Shown: positions 24,703 to 40,543 of the stretch, piece after piece
How the letters are laid out: the number at the start of each line of letters is the position of its first letter
Position numbering within the stretch: the first letter of the stretch is position 1
Source of the DNA: Tubulanus polymorphus
Lineage: Eukaryota; Animalia; Nemertea
Assembly: GCF_964204645.1 (NCBI RefSeq)
Contig: NC_134027.1
Span: 1,272,485 to 1,336,484, forward strand
Reading direction: 5' to 3'
Length of the DNA stretch: 64,000 bases
Position numbers and translations under genes: made by a program
The notes under the pieces: model-generated
Told to the model about the DNA's origin: nothing
The model's database searches: none
The model's input: only the letters and a program-made list of their open reading frames with translations

Positions 24703-27141
24703 TAATCTGATAAATAGATGTAATAAACAGATTGTTCTCATTTCAGTGTCCGATCAATGTTAGTTACACTATAAGGAATAGACCCAGTAGCTGAATTGAA
24801 CTGAACTGATCCACAGTGAATATTTGAGTCACCTTCAGATATTAGTTGTATGTCTGTATGCAGACAAAATTCTATTTTAACAACTGAGTTTGTGTTTTAA
24901 ATCTTTGAAATAAGTAGGCCTATAATATCATTGAATCTGTTATTTTCATTTCAGTGTTTGTCATTATAAGCTGAACTGGTAAATAATTAACGTACAAACT
25001 CCACTGGTTGAGTCACCTACAGACACATGGTATGTGTATAGAGATTAATTCAATGAATCTGAAATACTTTGTTTCTTAGTTTTAAATGATTTTCCATTTT
25101 GTTTTAATCTGTTAGGAGATGAACTGAACAAATCAACAGTTCGAATTCTGTATCAATAAGTGGTATGTATGAAAACAGAATTTCAACAACTTATTTCATA
25201 ATTTCCTGCAATAGAATCTGATAAATAATTGCTATTGAATCCGTTGTTTTCATTTCAGTGTCAATCATTGTTCGTTGAACTGTAAAGAATGAATGAACCA
25301 ACATCTTATTTGAACTGAACTCTACAGTCCATGGTTGAATCTATAGCTATAGACATACAGTACGTGGTGTGTGTGTATGGAGGCAATTTCAATTTAATTG
25401 AAACACTTGTTTCATTATAATTATTAATGATTATTATGATTATCCATTTTGTTTTAATCTGTTTAGGAGAAACCTGAACCAAGGATGTTATATTGCCACA
25501 GATATCATGTATGTATCAACGTCTTTCTGTTTTATTCCGTTTCTGTTCTGCAGAAGAATCTGAGATGATTATAATGTTATGGACTGAATGTGTTTTCCAT
25601 TTTAGTTTCCATCAATGTTAGTTGAACTGTAACTGATAGAAGAGAACCATGGACGTTATAACTCCCCACAGATGTCGTGTATGTATCTGTAGAGGAATCT
25701 TTGAGAGATAGATTTTATAGAATCTGTTATTTTCAGTGTTGATCAATGTTAGTTGAACTGTAATGAGTAAAACCAGTAGTTACTTCACAGTCAATGGTTT
25801 AGTCAGTAACAATGTATGTGATGTGGTTTGTGTATATGGAGACAATTTCATTATTTTCATTAATTATTTGTTAGGCAATGACCAATTGTCCATGGGATGA
25901 CCGATTACTAGTAGATGACCAGGGTTGACCAATTGCCAGATGACCAATTGCCAGAAATGATCAGGGAACAGTCAACATGTATGTATCGAGACAATTTTCT
26001 GTTGTTTTGAGGAATCTCATAGAATCTGTTATTTTTATTTCAGTGTCCGTCATCATGAGTTGAAACGAATATCTGATTTGAAGTGAACTCTGCAGTCATT
26101 CAACAGTTGAGGAGCCCTTACACATATATAAGTTACGTATTAGTGATATTTACCACTGACAGACAATTAAAACAACTTGTATTATAATGATTTGCTGTTT
26201 GTGAATGAACTTGAGAACAGTCGCTACTCCTTAATGCTATCAGTTACAGCCACCTTTTGATAGAATCTCTGTCTAAACCTCTTGCATGATCATCTCTATC
26301 TCAATTATAATATAATAAATACTAATCCTTCATTTTAACTCTCTTCTATTCTAATACATTGTATGAGTCAAAAGATGGTTGTCATCGATAGAATTAGGGA
26401 CGCTATACAGCTGGCTAATTGTCATAATCTAAACCCTTTTCACTGCATACTCTGTGACCCTCCACTTCAATACATTTTAATTGATTCAATTGCACCAACT
26501 TTTTATTTTTATTTTTCATGTCAGCGTCAATCGTTTTTACCTGCTGCAGGTAGAAATGAATCCACTGCTTGAGTGGCTATAAAAGTCGGTGGTGAAGACA
26601 AGTACACTCAATTGGAGACAATAATTTCTTTGAGATCTGACAGTGGTAGGAATTGTAACATTTTAATAAATAAGGGGTACATCTAGAAATTGGAAGACAC
26701 GTTTTAATTGATATCTGTTATTTTACGTGTTTCAGCTTCAAGTTCATCCGAGTTCTACCAAATGAGATTATTCACCCATGAAGACTCGACTGATTCATAC
26801 CCACATAAGGTAGTTGTACTTTCATTTTTATTAAACATTTCAATAATTAAAATTGGCGCTATTAAGAAGAAAAAAGAAATTCATAAATTGCATTATTTAA
26901 AGTACTTTGATTTAAAACCTATTCATAAATAACAATGCGGTACCGCTGCATAATAGATGGCACCACTATACGGTCGTTGGTACTACTAGACTGGTTACCT
27001 GTATAATAAGTACAATACAATGAATTTTATTCGCACGGTGTCGGATGTATTGGCATTGAAGCGCTCACTTATAATTCTATTGTATTGAATGTAGACCCAG
27101 AAAACCACGAAGGCTGCATTACGATTGCACCTTACACACAG

Positions 27142-27312
27142 GGCCACCTTCGGTTATCGGAGTCAGTCGACTTATAGTAGTCCCGGAACTCGGGTGCCGA
27201 GTAACTCATGTCAAATGTCGGAACTATATTCCGGAAATAGTTCGAAAATCAAGCGCATTCGGTTATTAGTTCCAACCACTAGTCGACTAGCTACCGATTA
27301 CCGAATTTGGCC
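27142..27312. mobile_element. Harbinger-like MITE, TSD CAG (related copy 63505-63641, also CAG)
   Basis: ggccaccttcggt ... accgaatttggcc imperfect TIR; shared interior aaatcaagcgcattcgg. Confidence 0.65.
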
Positions 27313-28065
27313 CAGCCTGTCTAACTCTGGATTCGCAACTGGCAACCGAGTTAAGTGCTTCTCGCTAGCCAGGTTGCCGCTAAGCGGCCACCAGTCTATA
27401 ATATTAACCCAATCACACGTTGTTTGTCACTCGCTGATTCGCTACGCATCTGATTGGCTAGATATATAGACTGGTGGCCGCTTGACCATTGAGGCAAGCG
27501 AGGATGGTTGCGTGACTTATCGAAATGTTCGCTTGCCACAGCAGGAATACCGTCCAATGTAATAAGTGTTTATGTATTTATTGTAGGAATGCCTGGTGAT
27601 GTAGATCAAGTTCACAGAAACTGAAAACAGAAAGAAACCTGGCGGAATCTATTGTGTATAAATAAATATATTTATTATCGTGTTGTGTTGTTTATTCTGA
27701 GTGCGATCTGTGGTGATTCAACCACTTGGTCCTCTCAAGTTTTTTCCCCATCCAAATGTTTGAATCCGTTTGCGCCGTTTTGACTGAAGTGATCTTTAAA
27801 TTTGTATTAGTTCTAAGACTTAGACAGGTCTTAAATTCTTTCAGTTGCGGCCACCTCTCGACAAAAATCTATTGTACTAATCCTTAAAAACTTCTAATCG
27901 CATGCGTCGAAAGGTGGCTGTCATAGATGGAATTAGAGATATGATCAATGTCTAAGATGAATACAATTGCGTTTAATTTGAAACTGCTAAACAGTTGCAG
28001 TAAGAGTTAAATAACGATCATCGCTGTATCTATGCTTTTGATGCTCGTTCCACTCTCAGTAATTA

Positions 28066-28252
28066 CAGAGCTGCCAACTGTTACTGATTGCAGTATTAGT
28101 TAGTATTTTATAACGAGAAATACTGATCTGATTTGTGAAGGTCTTGCCGTTGATTACTGATTAATTGAACATTCCTTTCATATTTCAATGAAACGTTACT
28201 GAAAAAAATTCAATTTGCTACTGATAGGACTTTTCAAAGGTTGGCAGCCCTG
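28066..28252. mobile_element. MITE of the same family as 24556-24702
   Basis: Same TIRs and homologous interior; flanks taatta/tagtta. Confidence 0.8.
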
Positions 28253-28732
28253 TAGTTATCTTGGTCTCGCAACTTTACCACCTTAGTACCGGCGACGCAT
28301 CACTCGTAGTCCTCCCCTTCCATGCCGCGCATTTAGCTATCCTCGCTTGCCGCGTTTAATTGGATGCGTTGTTTTTGTACCAATAAATGGGCGCCAATTT
28401 AAACCCCGGCAAGCGAGGATTTATTTGCCACCGTTTGCTCCAGTACTGTGCCATTGTCAGTTAGACTGGGTCTGAAATGGTGGTGGCAAGCTGCAGGTCT
28501 GGACTGCGCGACCAACATTTTCCATTCCTACATCCGAAATCTACACGTTTTCTTGGCAGTTTGGTTGGTTTTTGTTCGAACGCGCCTCTGGTAGTAGACT
28601 GGTTGCTAGTTTACATTAGACTGGTTACCGGTCTCTATCTTTCATTAGAGACCGGTTGTGCCCATCCTCCATTTTACATTTTCGATGCATGTCAAATAAG
28701 GTCAAACATGTTAAGTAGCAAGTTACTTCCTG

Positions 28733-29047
28733 AGGCCTTTTTATGAACCAGCAAAATCGAAATAGATTAGCTATTTAGATTATATAGCCGATTAGTGTCA
28801 ATTAGCATAACCGGGTATGTTGGTTGATAAAAACGCCAGGTATAAATTATTCAATTATGGCCTCTACCGAGAACACCATATCGGTTGGATTAGATAATCA
28901 GCATACTTGCTCGCCGAGCGAGTATGCTGAGTATGCTAATCGATTATGATAACCTATGTTCATAAATGACGGATTGTGACATAATCCATGCTCATAAAAA
29001 CGTTTTGCATACTCGAATATACTAATCGAGTGTTCATAAAAAGGCCT
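28733..29047. mobile_element. Harbinger-like MITE, 16-bp perfect TIR, TSD CTG
   Basis: aggcctttttatgaac ... gttcataaaaaggcct; empty site in the paralogous segment at ~33772. Confidence 0.88.
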
Positions 29048-32000
29048 CTGGTTAAGATGGCGTCTCTTCGAATCTGCTTGGCTTCGAGCGATATTAAAAT
29101 TGTCCTTTATAATGGACGGAAAGACATTAATTGCTGTAAGTATCAGATAAATCCGCTGATAATTTACCTGGTACTCGAAATACCAACTAACAAGGATCGA
29201 AATCTAATGCGAGGTGAGCTCTGCCGCGACCGTCACTGAATACAGAACATTCTGAAGGAACAGAGGACATCCTTCCTATAACTACCGTTCGTGGGATGTA
29301 TTTAGTGAATTGATGTTTTAATACAGTGTTGTAAAATGACTATATTTAGTATCTGAATAAAGTTTACAATTGCTGAATTCCTTAGTGCTTTGTTAGATCA
29401 GATATTTGGATCCACCTCAGCCTACTGATTTCCTGATACAGACAGCAAGTTGGGACAGTCAAATTAAGAGATTTGGTCAAGACAGGTTACTCAGATCACA
29501 CTTGAAATTCGCAATATCCTCTCTCCTCATGGACCACACATTGTCAATGTTGACTTTGCTAGAAATCGATTATAAAATTCATCACGACCAATTCTTTTTC
29601 ACTGAATTCAATATTTATTGTTCACTTCTGGTACAAAATCTTGTTCAGCCCCTGACAAGAGAATAAACAATGACACTACGTATTTCATGACATAGAACAG
29701 TAGTTTTTTTTTCATCGACAAATTGGGACGATCCTGATATCCCTGATTTGAATGATAGTGTCTTTAGAATCATAAAGACCATGTCTCGACCAGACAGATA
29801 ATCCAATCACAATTCAAATTGAAGGCTCGCTAGTGCAGTTATTCACAGAATCCAGCTCTTTAAACCTCATCAGTTTATCAGAATCGAGGAGTTTCACCGC
29901 CTGTTATTTGGAATTTCATTTCATGACAGCTAGTGCTGATTCTTTATTCTCTTTGATTACTGCATGATGTTATCATTCTGAAATTAAAATACATATCACA
30001 CTTATAATTAAAGCTGGATTGACTTTACAAATTAATGGTTCAGAATCCATTTTTCAAACTTACCTTGATTAGCATTTGATTCTCTATATATCGTCAGAAC
30101 ATGGACTCAGAGTGTTTCTTTAATGGTTAAGAATGTCTCTTTAACCAACATCCCCCTAGCCTGCTTCCTACATATTCCTTCCCTTTCCTCCTGATTACCT
30201 TTGATCCCCACTGCCTAGCAGCTAACAGCTGCTGCTATTTTATCTGGTTTACATGTTTTGCAAATAGTGTCTGTTATGCTATAGTTGTTCTTTTAATTGT
30301 TTAACTTCTTCATCTGAAATTTCATTATTCTCATTTCAGTTTCACGCAGGAAATGGTTCATGAAAATCTGCATTGAGACTGGGACGAAATGTGAGACGGA
30401 TGAAATCTGCATGAACAGAGATATACTTAAAGATCCCCATTTTATCCATCGGAGTGAATGTACATCCACTACTCACAGGTAGCAAACCTACAAACGCTAA
30501 ACACTCATCCCTGGGCCCTGATTCAAAAATAAAAATAAAAGATTAAATTAAGAATTAACAATTTTATGAATCAGTGATCAGTTTCATAAAATAAGTCCTA
30601 AATTAATTTTAGGGGTTTATTATTTCATATTGAAATGAATTCTTCATGTTTATGCAATTCTCATTATCTTTCATTGCAGCATTTATATATTCATTTTTAA
30701 TCATACATGTGAAATATATAATGTATTTTCAGGGAAACGTAAACAAGAAAGGAAGGGAAGAAAGAGAAGGGAAGAAAGAGTTGGATGATTAATGCGCACT
30801 TATTCTCCATTCGAATTCCTGTATTCGACTCTAGGTGATCATCATACGAACGAGATATAGAAAAAAAATATTACTGAAGTCATCTCTATATTTTAGTCTC
30901 AATTTGTATTTCAAAATTCAATTTACTAAGTGTGTAAGTCATCATTTGGAAGTATAAGTCATAATTTGGATAAATTGCCACATTACTGAATTCATCCCTA
31001 TTTTCTAGTCTCAATTTGTATTCAGTTTACTTCAGATAACGTAATTTGGTTTAATCACAAGTCGTCAACATTATAATCAATGTAACTACAGTGACTACAT
31101 TATTGTCCTTTTATTGAGAAATGTATGTTAATTTTTGATTTCTGGGATAAATCAAAATTCAAATGTTATCATTTTTTGTATCAAAAATTGTAAAAAATTG
31201 AATAACTTGTGTGCTATTGAAACATTCAGTTATGGAGAGTTTTTAGCTCAGAAAACTTTGAACCTGTTTATACAAGTGTTGTAACAAGTGTTGAACAATT
31301 CAAAGATCATGTTTTTTATACTTTGTCATGTTAGAAAAAATGTTTTCTAGTATATTGATGTTTCTAAAAAAACATATGATTCAACTTGAAAGGCCAACAA
31401 GCCTTCTAATAAAACTAGTTTGTCATATATATATTACTTGGTCATTGTCAAGTTTTTTTTAAAATATTTTGGTTTTCTCAGCTTTCTCTGGTGGAAATTT
31501 CTTCGTGGAATTCCTCTTCTATACAAGTTCCTCCTCAGACTGTTTTTATGCGAGAGTTTATAACAACCGGATCCTCAGAAAATGGTCGGAGTGCCAAGTC
31601 TTCGATTTAAGATCACCAGTCCTATCTGAGACCATAAGTTCAATAGCAAGTTTCACTAGCGATTCCAACAGCTATAGGATGGAACAGTATTATTATATAG
31701 GTCACCACTGTGCAATTGAGCCCAGATCATCAGAAAAAGATAGTGAAGATGTGATGGGATTCATTGAAAATTTTGCATATATAATTAATTCATTGAACGA
31801 CTTAATTTGTATGATTTATTTTTTGGGAATTTTCGAATTTGTCATCAATAACTAGTATATATTTCTTTTCAAGTTGTGAGCGATCTAGTTCTCTGTCGAC
31901 CCATTGAAAATGAATCGACTCTGACCTGTAGAACTGGACCCAGGGAGCTGAATCTCGCGTGCCACAGCAAGATACAGAGCTCTTCAATGTCTTAACCTTC

Positions 32001-33061
32001 AGGTGCTGCCCCTAAACAAATCAATAGCGGTAAATCTGTGAACTAACTTATAGCTCGCTTGCCAGAGTAGAATCATAGCGAGCTGTCTAAAACCTTGAAC
32101 CGTCTAGTGCTGCCCCTTAATCAATATGTATCGGAAAAGTGAATTTATTACTCGCATGCCACAGTAGTTGTGTAGTTGGAACATGATGATAGACTCGTTT
32201 TTCTGTGCAGCTATAACGGGAACTATTTCAGATCTGATAATGAATATAAACTCAGTCACAGTTCGATAACAAACGCCGCTGGGTGGAATTGAAGTAAACA
32301 ATTAATCGTGTTGAAATTGAATTTAGTTTAAGATATATTTTCGTGGTAGTTTTTATTTTCAAGCTGTTTACGTTCACTTCAAATGATGAAACGATGAAAC
32401 CATATTAAATACATCCCTGTTTTAGTGGGGATATTGAGTTTTGGTCCTTTCTTCTAGAAACATCAAATAGAAAGGCATTAACTGAACCCTATGTCTTTAA
32501 CTTCAGGAGTCTATATGGAGTTTTCGGATGCCTCTTTTCCTCACTTCTTGCATTCGTCACTATTAGAAATCTGGACAAACTGAATTCAATTCGACGAGGC
32601 CGAAGAACAGAAGACCAAAGAGTGATCTGCAATAGCCGCAGGATTCGTGTTGGCTTGAATCGGTGGGAGGCAATCAAACCCCGACACGTGAAGATGTATC
32701 CTCAAAAATGGATACCGGAACGCTTCCCTGGTTCACGATGATTAGTCAGCAGGGATAACTCTTGGGCGGGGCGTGATCGCGTGAATAGCCCAAACTTAAC
32801 CTTCAGAGTTCACTGTGCTACAGCATACAACATCTGATAACTTGCATAATAAAGCGCGGCGTGCATGAAAAGAATTGTATAAATGCGAGCAAGATTCCGT
32901 GCCCTGGCAATCGAACGCCGGAGTGGAGGTATTCCATACACTGGTAGGTGAGTCTGAGCATAGACTGGTTGTCTGTCTCATATAGACCTGTAACCAGTCT
33001 AGCCACCTCACGATCAGTCTACACTGAAAATAGACTGGTTGCCGGTCTCTACCTTCAGTTA

Positions 33062-33403
33062 AGGCGTTTTTACGAGCATCCGATTTTTGCGATCGATTTC
33101 GTGAACGATTTGCTCCGATCTTACGATCGAATCGAACGTTCGTAAAAATGACGATGGATTTGGCTAATCACATGACATAAATATGGCGACGTTGAGGAAA
33201 AATGTATGGTTTTGAACTACCCGGTGCTGCCATCCTGGAAATCAAATCGCCAAATCGCTCGCCGAGCGAGTTGGTCGATTTCAAAAATCGATCGGAAAAT
33301 CGTGTTCGTAAAAACGCCGATCGTGAAATCGATCGCAAAAATCGGTGCTCGTAAATGCGTTCCTACGATCGATCGCAAAAATCGGATGCTCGTAAAAACG
33401 CCT
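33062..33403. mobile_element. Harbinger-like MITE, long TIR, TSD TTA
   Basis: aggcgtttttacgagcatccgatttttgcgatcgat and its reverse complement at the ends; empty site at ~28645. Confidence 0.9.
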
Positions 33404-33414
33404 TTAGAGACCGG

Positions 33415-33715
33415 AGGCGTTTTACGAGCACCGATTTTTGCGATCGATTTCACGATCGGCGTTTTTACGAACACGATTTTCCGATCGATTTTTGAAATCG
33501 ACCAACTCGCTCGGCGAGCGATTTGGCGATTTGATTTCCAGGATGGCAGCACCGGGTAGTTCAAAACCATACATTTTTTCCTCAACGTCGCCATATTTAT
33601 GTCATGTGATTAGCCAAATCCATCGTCATTTTTACGAACGTTCGATTCGATCGTACGATCGGAGCAAATCGTTCACGAAATCGATCGCAAAAATCGGATG
33701 CTCGTAAAAACGCCT
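33415..33715. mobile_element. Second copy of the same MITE in opposite orientation, TSD CGG
   Basis: Reverse complement of 33062-~33355; flanked by cgg/cgg; empty site at ~28653. Confidence 0.9.
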
Positions 33716-36699
33716 CGGTTGGTCCCATCCTCCATTTTCGATGCATGTCAAACATGTCAGTATCGAGTTAGTTCCGGGTTAAAATGGCGTCTCATCGAAT
33801 AAGCGAAACTAAGAGTAATATCAAAATCGCACTAGAATGATTGATTACAGTAAATCAGCTGATAATCTATGAATCATAAATGTAATCAGCAAACAAACGG
33901 AAATATAGAGACCGAAGAAAAGGCATTAATTGCTGTGAGTATCGAATTAATCCGCTGATATTACTCGGAATTCAAATAGCCACTAATGAATTGATACTTA
34001 TTAATTTTGTAGGTAAGAAAAAGGGATCAGCTGTGATAGTCATTCTGAGGGAACTTGGCTGAAGGGCGACATGGTTTCTTTGTCAACCATATGTAAAATA
34101 TATTCACTCAATTGTTTTGTTTCTGATGATGTGAAAATGACTAAAGTCTGAATAAAGTTTACAGTAGTTGAACTCCTTGTCAGTTTTTTTGATATCGATT
34201 ATTTGGATCCAACGCTGCATCTCTACATATATTCCTTATGATACAGACAGCAAGTTGGGATAGACCAGTTATTCAGATCAACTGGATATTTGCAATATTT
34301 TCCTCTCCTCATGGACCATACATGATTTTTGCTAGAAATTGAGTATTAAATCCATCACGACAAACTCTTTTTTACTGGCAATTCTATATTTATTGTCCAC
34401 TTTCTAGTACAAAATCTTATTCAATATACAGACAGCCTGACAAGACGGTGATATACGTATTTTGTGACAGCAAATTGTGTGTGACAACAGAATGATACTG
34501 ATATCTCTAACTTAACTAGAATCACAAAGACCAAGTCTTGACCAGAAAGTAGGCCTAAATCCAATCTAAATTCCAATTGCATGCTCGCTCGTGTAGTAAT
34601 CTCTTTGATTTGTGATTGAGGTTACTTTCTGAAATTAAACCGATATACATATACTAACAATTAAACCTGGATTGACTTTTCAATTCATGTATCATCAGTT
34701 TTTCAAACTTACCATGATACAACAACAATTCATTCTGTGCATGTTGAGCTCATTCAATTTAATACGTATAACTTCTCATTCTTAAGAAAACCTCAGTTGT
34801 ATCTCAGAAAATCAACATCAGAACACACACAAAAACCTACAATAGACAATCAACAGAATATTTGTAAATAAGTATTCATTTACTGTTCACAAGTTTTAAT
34901 AAAAGACATTGAAGTGAAGTAAGTGAAGTTACCTGTCGTAGGCTAATATTTTCACCATACTGATAGACTCCTAATATCTAGTGTCACATTCAGCATAATC
35001 AATCAGTCATCTTAAGTGAACAAACAAATTGCCGGTGTCGTGGCCTCTGCTGCATGGCTAGGTTCAGTTCAGTAAGTCAGTCAGTAGAAATTGGTTATTC
35101 CATCTCAAGTTCGTCGGTTGTTGTCGATTGACGACCGTTCCTTTGAGCAGGGTAGATTTTGATGGTGCTGTAACGGAGACATACTGCCTTGTATGTCGAT
35201 ATCTTCGAGGCCGCACGCAGTACAGGTTCTCGCAGAAGCGTTACCTGATAGTTTTGGTCGAGTTTCTTTCTTCCATCGATGTAAAAACCGACTTTTAAGA
35301 GGTCCATGGAACGTAAATCGAGACCCTTTGGAGGCGGCCATGTTACATTGTTCACGTGATGAAATACTGAAATCTGATTGGATCCGTATATTCCGCGGAT
35401 GATGGCGGACGGGTTAAACCTGTCCTATTCTGACTGCGAATGCAGGTGGCGCAGAATTGGACAGGCGACCAGTCTACATTGAAAAACCATTACTGAAATA
35501 TGGTTGACGGAAATATTCATTTTATATCAGATTCTGAAATATTTTTTCATATTGACTACACAATTTTCATTATCTTAATAAGATAAATCTGCCAAAGCTC
35601 AACAATTTGAATTAGTGAAAACCGATGTGCGAAGTCGTCAATTCAGTAGCCTGATAGAGCCCGGTAACCAGTCTAACTGTCAATGTTCATTGCGCGGGAA
35701 TGAACGGGCAACCAGTCTACGATGAAAAATCATTTCTGAAAAATTATGAACGGAGATATTCATTTTACTTTGAATTTTGATTTATCTTATAAAACTGACA
35801 GCCATATTAACCAAAGTATTAATAGTAAATCTGACAAAATCTAATACTGGTTTTAGAATAGGTGAAAACTGATTTATGTGATGCCGTCGGTTCAGAAGAC
35901 TGATCCGTAGAATCGTTCGCCACTTTCTTCCGGTCCACTTACTTCCGCGTTTGTGATTTGCATACAAGTAGTTTGAATGTTAAATGTATTAAGCCGCGTG
36001 TTGATTGGTTGAGGTCAGTGCGGTTTACTGAACGATGACCAGCTGTCAGCTGATCGAATCATTCGTTTCACAGACATTACGACGTAAGTATATTTTACAT
36101 CTTTGATCAAAAATTGTAGTGTAAAAAAACTCAAAACTAAGGCCTCTATAAATGATCGATTGACTTTAAATGATTACTTTAGCACAGCTCTTGTAGACAA
36201 TGATTAGGTGTCATAGTAGTTTAGCTCGAAAGTGCACATATAAGGTTAATTTTCATCCGTTATTTAGAGACCGAGGTATTGAGCGTCCATTTCAGCCCTT
36301 AAAACATCATCAACCTACCTCAAACTGACTGTTTTTAAATCCAGCAATAGTTAACTATTGACTCGGCATGGATTCGATTCAAAAACAATTTTTGATGATC
36401 GTAGTGATTCGAAACATTTGAATTTTGGAAAAACACGAATGCTAAACCACGGATCCGGACTTCGATTGCGGCCCAATGGCAGAGTTGATTTTCTTATTTG
36501 GAATTTGAAGATATAAATCACTGAAATCAATTGGTTTTCTCAACCAAAATTAGAATTAAGAAGAATTTAGGATGGAGATGTTTGATTTTCATTTTGTCTA
36601 AAATGCCGACTTAGTAATTAATTCAATTGAATCAAATTAATGAATTCATCATTTCACGATATTATAGATAATCAAAATGTGAATATGAAATCACCTTTT

Positions 36700-38990
<2,291 letters not shown>

Positions 38991-39046
38991 TTTTGTTTTT
39001 GTCAATCATCATATCAAGATTTGCAATCCCAGTTGCCTTCAAGTTT

Positions 39047-40472
39047 CATATAGAGAATTAGTGGATGTGGTGTCCCTGGACCCCTACATGCATCATATAG
39101 AGAATTAGTGGATGTGGTGTCCCTGGACCCCTACATGCACCATATAGAGAATTAGTGGATGTGGTGTCCCTGGACCCCTACATGCATCATATAGAGAATT
39201 AGTGGATGTGGTGTCCCTGGACCCCTACATGCACCATATAGAGAATTAGTGGATGTGGTGTCCCTGGACCCCTACATGTACCATATAGAGAATTAGTGGA
39301 TGTGGTGTCCCTGGACCCCTACATGCATCATATAGAGAATTAGTGGATGTGGTGTCCCTGCACCCCTACATGCACCATATAGAGAATTAGTGGATGTGGT
39401 GTCCCTGGACCCCTACATGCATCATATAGAGAATTAGTGGATGTGGTGTCCCTGCACCCCTACATGCACCATATAGAGAATTAGTGGATGTGGTGTCCCT
39501 GGACCCCTACATGCATCATATAGAGAATTAGTGGATGTGGTGTCCCTGCACCCCTACATGCACCATATAGAGAATTAGTGGATGTGGTGTCCCTGCACCC
39601 CTACATGCATCATATAGAGAATTAGTTGATGTGGTGTCCCTGCACCCCTACATGCACCATATAGAGAATTAGTGGATGTGGTGTCCCTGGACCCCTACAT
39701 GTACCATATAGAGAATTAGTGGATGTGGTGTCCCTGGACCCCTACATGCATCATATAGAGAATTAGTGGATGTGGTGTCCCTGGACCCCTACATGCACCA
39801 TATAGAGAATTAGTGGATGTGGTGTCCCTGCACCCCTACATGCATCATATAGAGAATTAGTGGATGTGGTGTCCCTGGACCCCTACATGCACCATATAGA
39901 GAATTAGTGGATGTGGTGTTCCTGGACCCCTACATGCACCATATAGAGAATTAGTGGATGTGGTGTCCCTGCACCCCTACATGCATCATATAGAGAATTA
40001 GTGGATGTGGTGTCCCTGCACCCCTACATGCATCATATAGAGAATTAGTGGATGTGGTGTCCCTGGACCCCTACATGCACCATATAGAGAATTAGTGGAT
40101 GTGGTGTTCCTGGACCCCTACATGCACCATATAAAGAATTAGTGGATGTGGTGTTCCTGGACCCCTACATGCACCATATAGAGAATTAGTGGATGTGGTG
40201 TTCCTGGACCCCTACATGCACCATATAAAGAATTAGTGGATGTGGTGTTCCTGGACCCCTACATGCACCATATAAAGAATTAGTGGATGTGGTGTTCCTG
40301 CACCCCTACATGCACCATATAGAGAATTAGTGGATGTGGTGTCCCTGGACCCCTACATGCACCATATAGAGAATTAGTGGATGTGGTGTTCCTGGACCCC
40401 TACATGCACCATATAAAGAATTAGTGGATGTGGTGTTCCTGGACCCCTACATGCACCATATAGAGAATTAGT
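39047..40472. repeat. 47-bp tandem repeat, 30 units, just upstream of the first coding exon
   Basis: Unit catatagagaattagtggatgtggtgtccctggacccctacatgcaY. Confidence 0.98.
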
Positions 40473-40543
40473 TCACTGAACCAGAATAAGACTGACTGAT
40501 ATATTTTCAAATGATTTAATATTTTTACTTGTTTTTCTAGATT

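Larger units (their letters stand above)
22241..27668 (+). ncRNA. Putative multi-exon lncRNA (or decayed repetitive-exon gene) built from diverged exon/intron repeats, densest at 23970-26100
   Basis: Recurrent catttcag|tgt acceptors and gtatgt donors every ~150-250 bp; the three exons tested are closed in all frames; AATAAA at ~27662. Confidence 0.5.
28590..34715. repeat. Older local direct duplication: ~28590-30075 versus ~33020-34715
   Basis: Shared blocks in the same order: cccatcctccatttt, atggcgtctc, gaataaagtttaca, atacagacagcaagttggga, cctctcctcatggacca, ctggattgacttt, ttttcaaacttacc. Confidence 0.88.

Noticed and set aside
33206-33707. Mirror-image ORFs on both strands
   Set aside because: Consequence of the inverted MITE pair.
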